DNA of 64,000 bases from an uncultured Clostridia bacterium (GTDB lineage: Bacteria > Bacillota > Clostridia > TANB77 > RGIG9151): positions 1,509-65,508 of the forward strand of contig CAKSUD010000001.1 in assembly GCA_934500865.1 (NCBI GenBank), read 5' to 3'. The stretch's first letter is position 1. Every line of letters begins with the position of its first letter. The position numbers were made by a program, and so were the translations under genes. The notes under the pieces were generated by a model. It saw nothing but the letters and a program-made list of their open reading frames with translations, ran no database searches and was not told the origin of the DNA. Of the stretch, positions 37,799-48,937 are shown one piece after another.

Positions 37799-39970
37799 TT
37801 GATAAAATTGAAAAAGGATGCTATGAAACTTGGAATTAGAAAGAGGATGCTTGGGCTATTTATTGGAGTTATAGTTTTATTTGTTTTATTAATTGGTCGT
37901 CTTGCTTGGTTGCAACTTGTAAAAGGTGCATGGCTTCAAGAACTTGCATATGATCAACAAACAAGAGACAGGACAATAAATTCAGCGCGTGGTACGATAT
38001 ATTCATCTGATGGAAAGGTACTTGCAATTAGTGCGTCTATGGAGACGATTAGTGTAACTCCTACACAGGTAAAAAATCCTGAGGCGTTGGCTAAAGAATT
38101 AACTGATTTATTAGGTCTTGAATATGACAATGTTTATGAGAAAATCACATCAAAAACAGCTCTAGTGACAATTGCAAAGAATGTTTCAAAAGAAACTACC
38201 GATTTGCTTAGGAACTGGGTATCTGAAACGAAAACAGAGGGTGTAAAAATAGATGAATCTACTAAAAGATATTATCCTAATAATAGCTTAGCTGCACACG
38301 TTTTGGGATTTGTTGGTACAGATAATCAAGGACTTTATGGAATAGAAAAGACATACGAGGATATATTAACAGGTATTCCTGGAAGAATTATTTCGGAAAC
38401 GGATGGAAAAGGAAACGATATTCCTCTTAGTTCGGAGCAATATTATGCTCCTCAAAACGGAAGAAATTTGGTACTGAGTATAGACTCATCAATTCAATAT
38501 TTTGCTGAAAAGTATTTAGAAACTGCAGTGATAGACAATGCTTGTGAAAAGGGCGGAGTTGCAATAGTAATGAAGCCATCAACAGGTGATGTACTTGCAA
38601 TGGCGGTTAAGCCTGATTTTAATCCTAATGAGGCGTTTGGACCATATACTGATGAACAGGCTATTTCATGGAATGTTACTCCGACTGAAGAAAAAAGAAA
38701 AATTAGAGAAAATATATGGAGAAATAAGGCTATTTCTGATACCTATGAGCCCGGTTCTACATTTAAGGTTATAACAACAAGTGCTGCACTTGATTCTGGT
38801 ATTGCTACTTGCGAGGACCATTTTAATTGTAGCGGTTCGATTACAATTGGTGGAGCAAAGATGAAATGTTGGAGATATTATCGTCCGCATGGTACACAAA
38901 CTTTTACAGAAGCTTTGGGTAATTCCTGTAACCCTGTTTTTATACAACTTGGACTCAAAATGGGCAAAGAAATTTTCTATAAATATGTAGATGCTTTCGG
39001 CTTTACTGAAAAGACCGGTATAGATTTGCCAGGAGAGGCTAGCGGTGTTTTCCATTCAATCCAAAAGGTTGGAGATACTGAACTTGCGACTGCTGCTTTT
39101 GGTCAGCGATTTAATATCACTCCTATCGAATTAATAACAGCAATTTCGGCAGTAGCTAACGAAGGAAAACTTATGGAGCCAAGGTTGGTTAAAGAAATTA
39201 GAGATGATGACGGAAATATTTTATCTACAAACGAACCTAAGGTGGTTCGTCAGGTAATATCTAAACAAACTGCTGAAACTGTTTGCGGTATGATGGAGAA
39301 GGTAGTATCTAAGGGAACCGGAGGAAATGCATATATTGAAGGATATGATGTTGGCGGAAAGACAGGTACAGCAGAACAAGGAACAGGTCCTGCTACTTGG
39401 TATGTAGCTTCGTTTGTGGGAATAGCACCTGCAAATAATCCGGAAATTGCAGTACTAGTGGCTTTGTTTGATCCGAAGGGGGCTAGTCATGGTGGAGGAG
39501 CTATTGCTGCTCCGGTAGTAAAGGAAATTATTGAAGATACAATGGGATATTTAAAGATTCAACCAAATTCTAATGGCGAAAATTCAGGAGTAATAGTCCC
39601 TGAAGTAAGAGGGCTTACTGTAAATGAGGCAAAGGCTAGATTAGAAGAGGCAGGATTAAAATGTAATATAAATGGAAAAGTAGATGACACATCTACTATA
39701 AAAGATCAAATTCCAAAGCCCAATATAGAGGTAATTGCAAATTCTTCTATAATTTTATATACTGAAGAGGACGCAGAAAAAGCAATGGTTACTGTGCCTG
39801 ATGTTTTTGGAAAGAGCGTGTCTGAGGCAACAAATCTTCTTAAAAATGTTTCATTGAACATTTTGGCGGAAGGGTTGGGAACTGCAAGTGAACAAGTACC
39901 GAAAGCGGGTACAAAGGTGGAGCGTGGGAGCATAGTAACAGTAAAGTTTAAGATAACTGAGGTAGATTAA
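37799..39970 (+). CDS. Class B penicillin-binding protein with two PASTA domains (PBP2B / SpoVD-like)
   Basis: GSTFKV, SCN and KTGT motifs plus two C-terminal PASTA repeats. The exact start is uncertain. Confidence 0.8.
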   Translation: MIKLKKDAMKLGIRKRMLGLFIGVIVLFVLLIGRLAWLQLVKGAWLQELAYDQQTRDRTINSARGTIYSSDGKVLAISASMETISVTPTQVKNPEALAKELTDLLGLEYDNVYEKITSKTALVTIAKNVSKETTDLLRNWVSETKTEGVKIDESTKRYYPNNSLAAHVLGFVGTDNQGLYGIEKTYEDILTGIPGRIISETDGKGNDIPLSSEQYYAPQNGRNLVLSIDSSIQYFAEKYLETAVIDNACEKGGVAIVMKPSTGDVLAMAVKPDFNPNEAFGPYTDEQAISWNVTPTEEKRKIRENIWRNKAISDTYEPGSTFKVITTSAALDSGIATCEDHFNCSGSITIGGAKMKCWRYYRPHGTQTFTEALGNSCNPVFIQLGLKMGKEIFYKYVDAFGFTEKTGIDLPGEASGVFHSIQKVGDTELATAAFGQRFNITPIELITAISAVANEGKLMEPRLVKEIRDDDGNILSTNEPKVVRQVISKQTAETVCGMMEKVVSKGTGGNAYIEGYDVGGKTGTAEQGTGPATWYVASFVGIAPANNPEIAVLVALFDPKGASHGGGAIAAPVVKEIIEDTMGYLKIQPNSNGENSGVIVPEVRGLTVNEAKARLEEAGLKCNINGKVDDTSTIKDQIPKPNIEVIANSSIILYTEEDAEKAMVTVPDVFGKSVSEATNLLKNVSLNILAEGLGTASEQVPKAGTKVERGSIVTVKFKITEVD

Positions 39971-39975
39971 GGAGA

Positions 39976-41439
39976 GTGTTTAATTTGAAAATTAGGGAGA
40001 TATTAAAAGGAGTAGAAATAGTTGAACTTAATGTTAGTTTAGATGAGGAAATATGTGATATAACCGGTGATTCAAGAAATATAGTGGAAGGTTCGGCATT
40101 TTTATGCTTAGAGGGTACAAAATTCGATGGGCATCAATATGCAAAAGATGCATTAGAAAAAGGAGCTAAGGTTTTAATTACTCAAAAGAAAATAGATATT
40201 GAAAATGAGGCTAAGTTTGTTAGAATAGAACCCGGTAGAAAATCAATTGCAAAAATTTCTTGTAATTTCTTTGATAACCCATCTTATAAGTTTAAGCTTA
40301 TCGGAATTACCGGAACTAAGGGAAAAACTACTACAACATATATGATAAAGTCCATTTTGGAAAGTAAAGGACTTAAAGTGGGATTAATAGGAACAATAGA
40401 GTCAAGAATTGGTGATAAAAAGCTTAAAACATCTAGTAATACAACACCTGATGCAATTGAGTTACAAAGATTGTTTGCCATAATGGCTGATGAAAATGTA
40501 GATGCTGTTGTTATGGAAGTTTCTTCTCATGCACTTGATTTAGATAGAGTGTATGGAAGTAATTTCGCTTATGCTGCATTTACAAATTTAAGTCAAGACC
40601 ATTTAGACTATCACAAAAATTTTGAAAATTATTATCAAGCTAAGAAAATTTTGTTTGGTATGTGTAAGAAAAGCTTTATAAATGTTGACGATGAATATGG
40701 GAAAAGATTATTTGGCGAAATTTCAGGAGATAAAAAATCTTTTGCTGTAGATAACCATGCGGATATTGAAATAGAAAATATTGAAATTACATCGGGATAT
40801 GTAAGCTTTACAGAAAAATCTGAAAACGAGGAAATAAAATATAAAGTAAAAATTCCGGGAAAATTTTCTGTGTATAATGCGCTCACTGCTATATCTATTG
40901 CAAAAGAGTTTGGATGCAGTCCAAAAGAAATTCAAGCCGGATTTGACGGACTAAAGGTACCTGGAAGAAGTGAAATAGTAGATATAGGAACAGATTATAC
41001 TGTTATGGTAGATTATGCTCATTCTCCGGATAGCTTAAAAAATATTCTGCTTGCTACTCGTGAATATGTAAAAGGAAGAATTATATGTGTATTTGGTTGT
41101 GGTGGAGACAGAGATAAAACAAAGCGTCCTATTATGGGAGAAATCTCGGGAAAATTGGCTGATATTACTATTGTTACATCTGATAATCCAAGAAGCGAAG
41201 ACCCTGAGACTATTGTAGATGAAGTAGAGGAAGGGGTAAAAAAAGTTACTAATAATTACTTTAGGGAATCAGACAGAGCAAAGGCTATATATAAAGCACT
41301 TTCTATTGCTAAAAAGGATGATGTAATTATTATTGCAGGCAAAGGGCATGAACCATATCAAATTTTAAATACAGGAACAATACATTTTGATGATAGGGAA
41401 CAAGTTGTAGAACAATATAAAAAATTAACAAAAGTGTAA
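39976..41439 (+). CDS. murE: UDP-N-acetylmuramoyl-L-alanyl-D-glutamate--2,6-diaminopimelate ligase
   Basis: GITGTKGKTTTT motif and the Mur ligase family signature. Confidence 0.9.
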   Translation: MFNLKIREILKGVEIVELNVSLDEEICDITGDSRNIVEGSAFLCLEGTKFDGHQYAKDALEKGAKVLITQKKIDIENEAKFVRIEPGRKSIAKISCNFFDNPSYKFKLIGITGTKGKTTTTYMIKSILESKGLKVGLIGTIESRIGDKKLKTSSNTTPDAIELQRLFAIMADENVDAVVMEVSSHALDLDRVYGSNFAYAAFTNLSQDHLDYHKNFENYYQAKKILFGMCKKSFINVDDEYGKRLFGEISGDKKSFAVDNHADIEIENIEITSGYVSFTEKSENEEIKYKVKIPGKFSVYNALTAISIAKEFGCSPKEIQAGFDGLKVPGRSEIVDIGTDYTVMVDYAHSPDSLKNILLATREYVKGRIICVFGCGGDRDKTKRPIMGEISGKLADITIVTSDNPRSEDPETIVDEVEEGVKKVTNNYFRESDRAKAIYKALSIAKKDDVIIIAGKGHEPYQILNTGTIHFDDREQVVEQYKKLTKV

Positions 41440-41461
41440 ATGAAAAGGGAGTTGAGTAGTT

Positions 41462-42430
41462 GTGAAATTACAAGTAGGATTATTGGTAGTATCTTTTTTA
41501 GCTTCGTTAATTGCCGGGCTTTTAGTAATGCCGATATTAAAGAAATTAGGAGTTAGCCAACATATTAGAGATGATGGTCCCGAATCACATTTAAAAAAAG
41601 AAGGTACTCCAAGTATGGGAGGAATAATCTTTTTGGCGGCTATGTGCTTTGTCGGATTTATGGCTATGATAAAATATCCTACAAGTAGGCAAACATTATT
41701 AATCTTAGTAGGTTCTACTTTGATTTTTGGATTTATCGGATTTATCGATGATTATTTGAAAATAAAAAATAAACGTTCACTTGGGCTATATGCTTGGCAA
41801 AAGATATTGCTTCTTTTAATAGCATCAGGTGCGGTCACATATTGTATATTAGAAGTTCTTAACCTTGGTACAGCTACATATATTCCTTTTATAAGACAAT
41901 TTTATGATTTGAATTATTATTTCTTTGTACCATTTGCTATTTTGGTATTATTATCTACTACTAATGTTGTTAATATAACTGATGGGCTAGATGGTCTCGC
42001 AGTCGGAATAATTGTTGCTATTATGACTTTCTTTACAATACTGGCTATTTCTTTAGGAAATAATCCGGTTATGATTTTCTCTGCGATTATGACAGGTGCT
42101 TGTTTAGGATTTTTAGTTTATAATATGAACCCTGCTAAAGTGTTTATGGGAGATACAGGTTCGTTAGCACTTGGTGGTGCGATAGGTACAGTTTCTTTAG
42201 TTTTACAAATGCCAATACTTCTTATATTTGTTGCGGGTATATGCGTTATAGAGGCATTATCTGATATTATTCAAGTTGTATATTTTAAGTTGTCAGGTGG
42301 AAAAAGAGTTTTTAAAATGGCTCCACTTCATCATCACTTAGAACTTAGCGGGTGGAGTGAGAAAAAAATTGTTTGGCATTTTTGGATATGCACAATTGTT
42401 TTTTGTGTTATTACATTTATTTTGTTATAA
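41462..42430 (+). CDS. mraY: Phospho-N-acetylmuramoyl-pentapeptide transferase
   Basis: 322-aa polytopic protein. NLTDGLDGLA and MGDTGSLALGG motifs. Confidence 0.9.
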   Translation: MKLQVGLLVVSFLASLIAGLLVMPILKKLGVSQHIRDDGPESHLKKEGTPSMGGIIFLAAMCFVGFMAMIKYPTSRQTLLILVGSTLIFGFIGFIDDYLKIKNKRSLGLYAWQKILLLLIASGAVTYCILEVLNLGTATYIPFIRQFYDLNYYFFVPFAILVLLSTTNVVNITDGLDGLAVGIIVAIMTFFTILAISLGNNPVMIFSAIMTGACLGFLVYNMNPAKVFMGDTGSLALGGAIGTVSLVLQMPILLIFVAGICVIEALSDIIQVVYFKLSGGKRVFKMAPLHHHLELSGWSEKKIVWHFWICTIVFCVITFILL

Positions 42431-42451
42431 AAATAATAGGGGAGTGTTACA

Positions 42452-43555
42452 ATGAAGTCTAAGCTAAAACCTTTTGATTATACATTATTTACTGTGGTTA
42501 TAATTCTATATGGATTAGGTTTACTCATGGTGCTTAGTGCAAGTTCACATCTTGGCGTATTAAAATATGGCAGTCCCTATTACTTTTTTATAAGACAGTT
42601 TTTGTTTGGCGTTATTGGAATTTGTGTAATGCTATTTTTATCAAGAATAAATTATAAAGTTTATAAGAATTTTTCAGGATTAATATTTCTAGGTGCTATA
42701 GGGTTACTATGTCTAGTATTGGTACCTGGAATAGGTTCTGGAGAAATTCGTGGTGCAAAAAGATGGATATATGTTGGTTTTAACCTTCAACCATCGGAAG
42801 TAGCTAAACTTGCAATTATTATATTTTTAAGTGCAAGAATTTCTATGAATCCAGAAGGAATAAAGAAGTTTTGGACCGGTTTAGTTCCATATTTCCTTAT
42901 AATAGGCGTGGTTGCAGGACTTTTATACTTAGAGCCACATTATAGTGCCATCGGAATTATAGGTTTGATTTCTGTAATAATTTTGTTTGCCGGTGGTGCA
43001 AAATTTTCTCATTTCGTTAGTATAGGTTTAGCGCTTGCACCTGTTGGTATTGCCGGAATAATCATAGCAAAATACAGATTAGACCGTATTGTAAGTTTTT
43101 TAGACCCTTGGTCAGACCTCCAAGATGGTGGATGGCAGGTAATACAATCATTATATGCACTAGGTAGTGGAGGATTGTTTGGACTAGGTCTTGGGCAAAG
43201 CAGACAAAAGTATACATATCTTCCCGATGCACATAACGACTTCGTTTTAGCAATATGGGGAGAGGAACTTGGATTTATAGGAATGGTATTTGTTATAATA
43301 CTATTTGGAATACTTATTTGGAGAGGTGTTGTTATTGCAACTAAAGCTCCGGATATGTTCTCAGGACTTGTTGCAATAGGTATAACTATGCTTATTGCTA
43401 TACAGATAATTTTAAATGTATTAATTATAACAAGTTGGTTCCCGGTAACAGGTATGCCGGTACCGTTTATGAGTTATGGTGGAACATCACTTCTGATTTT
43501 TATGTCCTGTATAGGAATATTATTAAATATTTCACGGTATGGAAAGAATGAGTAG
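42452..43555 (+). CDS. SEDS family FtsW/RodA/SpoVE
   Basis: 367 aa with 10 TM helices. Sits in the dcw position after mraY. Confidence 0.8.
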   Translation: MKSKLKPFDYTLFTVVIILYGLGLLMVLSASSHLGVLKYGSPYYFFIRQFLFGVIGICVMLFLSRINYKVYKNFSGLIFLGAIGLLCLVLVPGIGSGEIRGAKRWIYVGFNLQPSEVAKLAIIIFLSARISMNPEGIKKFWTGLVPYFLIIGVVAGLLYLEPHYSAIGIIGLISVIILFAGGAKFSHFVSIGLALAPVGIAGIIIAKYRLDRIVSFLDPWSDLQDGGWQVIQSLYALGSGGLFGLGLGQSRQKYTYLPDAHNDFVLAIWGEELGFIGMVFVIILFGILIWRGVVIATKAPDMFSGLVAIGITMLIAIQIILNVLIITSWFPVTGMPVPFMSYGGTSLLIFMSCIGILLNISRYGKNE

Positions 43556-43576
43556 TAGGAAAGGGATGAAATATAT

Positions 43577-46186
43577 ATGTCAAAACTTGTAGTAATAGAT
43601 GGAAACAGTATAATGAACAGAGCTTTTTACGGACTTTCCGGAAGAAATATGCTAATGACTAAAGACGGAATTCACACAAATGCTGTTTTCGGATTTCTAA
43701 CAATTCTATTTAAAATTTTATCCGAGGATAAACCAGATTATTTGGTAGTTGCTTTTGACCTTAGAGCACCTACTTTTCGTCATAAAATGTATGATGGATA
43801 TAAGGCACAAAGAAAAGGGATGCCGGATGAACTTGCTGAACAGATGCCTATAATAAAAGAAGTTTTAGATGCAATGAACATTTCAAGAATTGAAATGGAA
43901 GGATTTGAGGCAGATGATATTTTAGGCACACTTTCTAAAAAGGCTAAAGCTAAAAATATAGAGACAATTTTGTTTACAGGGGATAGAGATTCGTTCCAAT
44001 TGATAGAAGATGGAATTACTGTAAAAATGCCTGTAACAAAGGGTGGGAAGACTGAGACTGAAATTTATAATTCGGAAAAAATATATGAAAAGTATGGAGT
44101 GAGTCCAATTGAACTTATTGAAGTAAAAGGGCTTATGGGAGATGCTTCGGATAATATTCCCGGTGTACCCGGAATAGGGGAAAAAACTGCACTTTCGTAT
44201 ATTCAAGAATTTAAAACTATAGACAACCTTTATGAAAACTTAGATAGCGATGTTGTAAAACCAAAGGCGAGAATTTCATTAAAAGAAAATAAAGATTTAG
44301 CATATTTAAGCAGAACTCTTGCTGTTATTAATACCGACATTCCTGTTGATTTTTCAGAGGATTATAAAATTAATGAATATAATAATGACAAGCTGTATGA
44401 AATTTTTAATAAACTTGAATTTACTTCATTTATAAAAAAATTGAATCTCGTTTCTACTAAGGGAGCGAGTGTAGAGAATTTTGAACCTGTAAAAGGTGAA
44501 AAACTACTAGACGTTTCAAAATTGGAGCATATTAGTGAGTTTGCTTTCTTTGCTTTAGAGGGAAATAAAACACAGATTGGAATTTTTTCAGATAATAAAG
44601 TGTATTGCATAGATGTGAATGATGATGCTACATTAAAAAGTATTTTTGAGAGTGAAGCTAAAAAATATAGTATTAATACAAAGCCATTATATGTTAACTT
44701 ACTAAGTAAGGGTATTAAGATAAATAATCTTGCTATGGATTTAGCGATAGCACAATATGTTATTAATCCGAATTTTGTTGTTGATGATATTGAAAAACTT
44801 ACATTAGAAAAAATAGGTTTTGATTTATCATCTATAAAGGATAAGGAAAGCGACCAAATAAGCTTCTTTGAAACACAAAAGGCAGTAGATAACAATGAAT
44901 ATGTATGTTCATGTGCTAGGGCAGTTTGGCAATTAAAAGACTGGTATTTAGATGAAATAAAGAAAAACAATCAAGAAAAATTGTTTTATGAGATAGAAAT
45001 GCCGTTAATTGAAGTGCTTGCCGGTATGCAAATTGCTGGAATGAAAGTTGAAAAAAACTTGCTGATTGATTATGGTAGGGAACTTCAAGAAAAAATAAAT
45101 ACACTTGAAAAAGAGATTTTTGAACTTGCAGGAGAGGAATTCAATTTAAAATCTCCTAAGCAATTAGGTGATTTACTGTTTGATAAGCTTGGTCTTCCTG
45201 CTGGTAAAAAAACTCATAGAGGGTACGCGACTGATGCTGAAACCCTAGAAGGACTTCGTGATAAGCATCCCATTATAGACAAGATACTTGAACATAAGCA
45301 ATATATAAAGCTTAAATCTACCTATATAGATGGCTTGGAGGGAGTAATTAATCCGAATACTGGAAGGATACACTCTAATTTTAATCAGACTATTACGGCA
45401 ACAGGGCGACTTAGCAGTACTGAACCTAATCTTCAAAATATTCCTGTTAGAATGGAAGCAGGTAAAAAAATAAGAAAAATGTTTGTGCCTGATGATGGAT
45501 ATGTTTATATTGATGCCGACTATTCACAGATTGAACTTAGAATTTTAGCTGATATGGCAAATGATGAGGTTATGATAAATGCATTTAATAATGATGAGGA
45601 TATTCATACGACAACTGCATCTCAAATTTTCCATATGAAGAAAGAAGAAGTTACACCAGAGCTAAGAGCAAAAGCAAAGGCTGTAAATTTCGGAATTGTA
45701 TATGGTCAAGGCGAATTTTCTTTGGGACAAGATTTAGGAATATCGAGAAAAGAAGCTAAAAAGTACATTGATATGTATTTCGAACATTTTTCGGGTATAA
45801 AAGATTATATGAGAAACAACATAAATTTTGCGAAGGAAAAAGGATATGTTGAAACAATCTTTAATAGAAGAAGATATGTACCAGAGATAAAATCAAGCAA
45901 TTTTAATATTAGGTCTTTTGGTGAAAGAATTGCTATGAATATGCCGATTCAAGGAAGTGCAGCAGATATAATAAAAATTGCTATGGTAGAAGTATATAGA
46001 AGATTACAAGGTAAGAAATCTAAGCTTATTTTACAGGTACATGATGAGCTTTTGGTTGAGGCGGAAAAAAGCGAAGTAGAAGAGGTAAGTAAGATTGTTA
46101 AAGAGTCAATGGAAAACGCGGTTAAACTTAAGGTATTACTTAAAGTCGAGTTAAATACTGGTGATAGTTGGTTAGATGCAAAATAA
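43577..46186 (+). CDS. polA: DNA polymerase I
   Basis: 5'-nuclease N-terminus, DYSQIELR, RAKAKAVNFGIVYG and QVHDELL motifs. 869 aa. Confidence 0.9.
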   Translation: MSKLVVIDGNSIMNRAFYGLSGRNMLMTKDGIHTNAVFGFLTILFKILSEDKPDYLVVAFDLRAPTFRHKMYDGYKAQRKGMPDELAEQMPIIKEVLDAMNISRIEMEGFEADDILGTLSKKAKAKNIETILFTGDRDSFQLIEDGITVKMPVTKGGKTETEIYNSEKIYEKYGVSPIELIEVKGLMGDASDNIPGVPGIGEKTALSYIQEFKTIDNLYENLDSDVVKPKARISLKENKDLAYLSRTLAVINTDIPVDFSEDYKINEYNNDKLYEIFNKLEFTSFIKKLNLVSTKGASVENFEPVKGEKLLDVSKLEHISEFAFFALEGNKTQIGIFSDNKVYCIDVNDDATLKSIFESEAKKYSINTKPLYVNLLSKGIKINNLAMDLAIAQYVINPNFVVDDIEKLTLEKIGFDLSSIKDKESDQISFFETQKAVDNNEYVCSCARAVWQLKDWYLDEIKKNNQEKLFYEIEMPLIEVLAGMQIAGMKVEKNLLIDYGRELQEKINTLEKEIFELAGEEFNLKSPKQLGDLLFDKLGLPAGKKTHRGYATDAETLEGLRDKHPIIDKILEHKQYIKLKSTYIDGLEGVINPNTGRIHSNFNQTITATGRLSSTEPNLQNIPVRMEAGKKIRKMFVPDDGYVYIDADYSQIELRILADMANDEVMINAFNNDEDIHTTTASQIFHMKKEEVTPELRAKAKAVNFGIVYGQGEFSLGQDLGISRKEAKKYIDMYFEHFSGIKDYMRNNINFAKEKGYVETIFNRRRYVPEIKSSNFNIRSFGERIAMNMPIQGSAADIIKIAMVEVYRRLQGKKSKLILQVHDELLVEAEKSEVEEVSKIVKESMENAVKLKVLLKVELNTGDSWLDAK

Positions 46187-46204
46187 TGAAAGGAAGAAAA
46201 CATC

Positions 46205-46798
46205 TTGGCGAAGAAGAAAAGTAATTTTTGGACAGGAATAAAGAATTTAGCTTTAATAATTATATGTTTTGGTGTATTAAGTGTTTTTTATAAAGGCTTT
46301 CTCAATGTTGAAGATGTTTATAAGCTACGCTATCCAACGGAGTATGAAGATATTGTATTAAAGTACAGTGATATGTATGATGTTGATCAATATCTTGTAT
46401 ATTCTATTATTCGTTCAGAGAGCAATTATACAGAGAATGCTGTTTCTAATAAGGGTGCTATTGGACTTATGCAAATTATGCCGGATACCGGTTCTTGGGT
46501 TGCCGAGAAGCTAAAAATTGAAAATTTTACTTCTGAGGACTTGTTTGACACTGAAAAAAATATTATGATTGGTGTGTGGTATTTTAAGTATTTACTAGAT
46601 AGATTTGATGGAGAAATTAGCCTTGCTGTGGCTGCTTATAATGCCGGACCGACTAATGTAAATAAGTGGCTTTCTCAAAAGGAATATAGTGAGAATGGAT
46701 ATATACTTAATGTTATCCCTTTTGAAGAGACGAGAAAGTATGAAGAAAAAGTTATGAATACTTATGCTATGTATAAAAGGATATATCAAGGTATTTAG
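46205..46798 (+). CDS. Membrane-anchored lytic transglycosylase (SLT domain)
   Basis: ESNYTENAVSNKGAIGLMQIMP and AAYNAGP motifs. Probable TTG start. Confidence 0.7.
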   Translation: MAKKKSNFWTGIKNLALIIICFGVLSVFYKGFLNVEDVYKLRYPTEYEDIVLKYSDMYDVDQYLVYSIIRSESNYTENAVSNKGAIGLMQIMPDTGSWVAEKLKIENFTSEDLFDTEKNIMIGVWYFKYLLDRFDGEISLAVAAYNAGPTNVNKWLSQKEYSENGYILNVIPFEETRKYEEKVMNTYAMYKRIYQGI

Positions 46799-46812
46799 TA
46801 GGGGTGATAATT

Positions 46813-47301
46813 ATGGATAGACGTGATAAAAATAGTTATTATTTAGACATTGCAGAAACTGTTATAGAAAGAGGAACATGCGTAAGAAGAAACTTCGGAG
46901 CAATTATTGTTAAGAATGATGAAATAATATCGACCGGATATGTTGGTGCTCCCAGGGGAAGAAAAAATTGTTGTGATATAGGGAAATGCATAAGAGAAGA
47001 ACTAAATATTCCAAGAGGCACTAGATATGAACTTTGCCGTTCTGTTCACGCAGAAGCTAATGCGATTATTTCTGCTTCGCGTAAAGATATGATGGGTGCA
47101 ACATTGTACTTGGCTTGTAGAGACTATAAAACCGGAGAACTGGTGGCTGGCACAAGCTGTTGTTCTATGTGCAAGAGAATGGTTATAAATGCAGGAATTG
47201 AGAAGGTAGTTATTAGAGATGACAAAGATAATTATAGAACGATTGATGTTTCTTCTTGGATTTTAGATGATGAGTCTTTAGAAGGAAAAGAAGGTTACTA
47301 A
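46813..47301 (+). CDS. comEB: dCMP deaminase (ComEB-like)
   Basis: HAEANAI and CCSMC zinc ligands. RBS AGGGGTGA before the ATG at MDRRDK. Confidence 0.75.
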   Translation: MDRRDKNSYYLDIAETVIERGTCVRRNFGAIIVKNDEIISTGYVGAPRGRKNCCDIGKCIREELNIPRGTRYELCRSVHAEANAIISASRKDMMGATLYLACRDYKTGELVAGTSCCSMCKRMVINAGIEKVVIRDDKDNYRTIDVSSWILDDESLEGKEGY

Positions 47302-47308
47302 AGAAGTA

Positions 47309-48706
47309 ATGGAAGGGAATGATTACTTAATGCAAAGTGAAGTTATTTCTGATGCAAGAAAAGTATTGGGCGATTTGCTTGATGAGAAAAGTTTTGTAGA
47401 AATTTTAGAAAACTATGATTTGGGTGTTATATGTGGATATGGCACTATAAATTTACGTCCTGTTTGCGTTTTTGCTCAGGAGCATACGGTAGATAATGGT
47501 GCTGTTAACGAGAAAAATTGTGAAAAGATTTGTAAAATCATTGATATGGCTATGAAGAATGGCATTACTATAATTGGTATTTATGATTCTATGGGTGTAA
47601 AGATTGATGAGAGTTCAAGGGTCTTTCTAGGAATTAGAAAAATGCTTGATAAGATGGCATTAGCTTCGGGGGTTGTTCCTCAGATTTCTGTTGTTTTAGG
47701 CAGTGCTGTTGGAGTTGCGTCTTTTGCAGTTAATTTCAGTGATTTTGTGTTTATGATTGATAAAAAGAGTCAGATGTTTGTAAATGGTCCGCAAAGTATA
47801 ATGGCGGAAGAGGGAAATGAAGTGACGGCAGAGGAACTTGGAGGAGCTATGGTTCATTCTGAAAAGTCAGGAATGTGTGATGTAATAGTTGCTTCAATAG
47901 AAGAGTGTACTAAAAAGGTGAAAGAACTTTTGGATTATTTACCTGACAATAATTTGGCGGATGTTTATGTTACAGATAGTGATGACTTAAATAGAGAATG
48001 TGACGAATTAGATAATGGAATTGAAAACAACAGAGAAGTTGTTTTTGCTATAAGTGATGAAAATAAATTTTATGAAATAAAGGCTGAGTTTGAAAAAAGT
48101 GTAATAACAGGATTTTCAAGAATTGGCGGAAGAGTAAGCGGAATAGTGGCGAATGTTCAAAGGACACTAAATTCTAAGTCAATAGAGAAGATTATAAAAT
48201 TTGTTAGATTTTGTGATGCTTTTAACATACCGATTGTGACATTGGTCGATGTTGAGGGGACAAAGATTAGCACTGATGAGGAAATGAACGGTATTTCAAG
48301 CAAATTAGCTAGACTTATTTATTCATATTCTGATGCGACTGTTCCAAAGATAGATATTATTATAGGAAATATGTTTGGAGGAGCTTCGACTGCAATGGGA
48401 GCTAGTCCCGATATAACTTTGGCATGGGATAGTGCTAAAATATCTGTGGCATTGCCTAAAGTTGCAGTTAATGTAATATATAGTAATGAAATTTCAGAGG
48501 CGGAAGAGCCTGTTAAGTATAGAGAGGAAAAACTAAGTGAGTACTTAGGGAATGAGGCTATACCGGAAAAAGCAGAGGAAACATCTTTTATAGATGGAGT
48601 AATTAGACCTAGTGAAACTAGAAAAAGAATTATAAATGCTCTTGAATTATATATAAGCAAGAGGGAAATTAAGATAAACAAGAAGCATAGCAGTATGCCT
48701 TTTTAG
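47309..48706 (+). CDS. Acyl-CoA carboxyltransferase (PccB / MmdA / transcarboxylase 12S-like), short form
   Basis: Both CT halves are present. Oxyanion region LGSAVGVASFAVNFSDFVFMIDKKSQMFVNGPQSI ... EELGGA. Confidence 0.75.
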   Translation: MEGNDYLMQSEVISDARKVLGDLLDEKSFVEILENYDLGVICGYGTINLRPVCVFAQEHTVDNGAVNEKNCEKICKIIDMAMKNGITIIGIYDSMGVKIDESSRVFLGIRKMLDKMALASGVVPQISVVLGSAVGVASFAVNFSDFVFMIDKKSQMFVNGPQSIMAEEGNEVTAEELGGAMVHSEKSGMCDVIVASIEECTKKVKELLDYLPDNNLADVYVTDSDDLNRECDELDNGIENNREVVFAISDENKFYEIKAEFEKSVITGFSRIGGRVSGIVANVQRTLNSKSIEKIIKFVRFCDAFNIPIVTLVDVEGTKISTDEEMNGISSKLARLIYSYSDATVPKIDIIIGNMFGGASTAMGASPDITLAWDSAKISVALPKVAVNVIYSNEISEAEEPVKYREEKLSEYLGNEAIPEKAEETSFIDGVIRPSETRKRIINALELYISKREIKINKKHSSMPF

Positions 48707-48717
48707 GAGGAAAGTAA

Positions 48718-48894
48718 GTGTATAATATAAATATTTTGAATGATGTAAATGATGATAATTTACGAGTTGCAATTATTTCTGCGGTTACAGAAATGATGAC
48801 CGGAGAAAGTAATTTAAATGTTACTAGAATGAAAAGAGGAAAATTAGAATCGCCTATTTGGAATGCGATTTTAAGACAAGATAACTTAAAATAG
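48718..48894 (+). CDS. Small protein (58 aa) between carboxyltransferase and biotin carrier, possibly decarboxylase epsilon/delta-like; not in track
   Basis: AGGAGG RBS followed by a GTG start. Sequence MYNINILNDVNDDNLRVAIISAVTEMMTGESNLNVTRMKRGKLESPIWNAILRQDNLK. Confidence 0.25.
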   Translation: MYNINILNDVNDDNLRVAIISAVTEMMTGESNLNVTRMKRGKLESPIWNAILRQDNLK

Positions 48895-48937
48895 TCTCTA
48901 CTTAGCACTAATTAGTAATAAGAAAGGATGAAATGGT

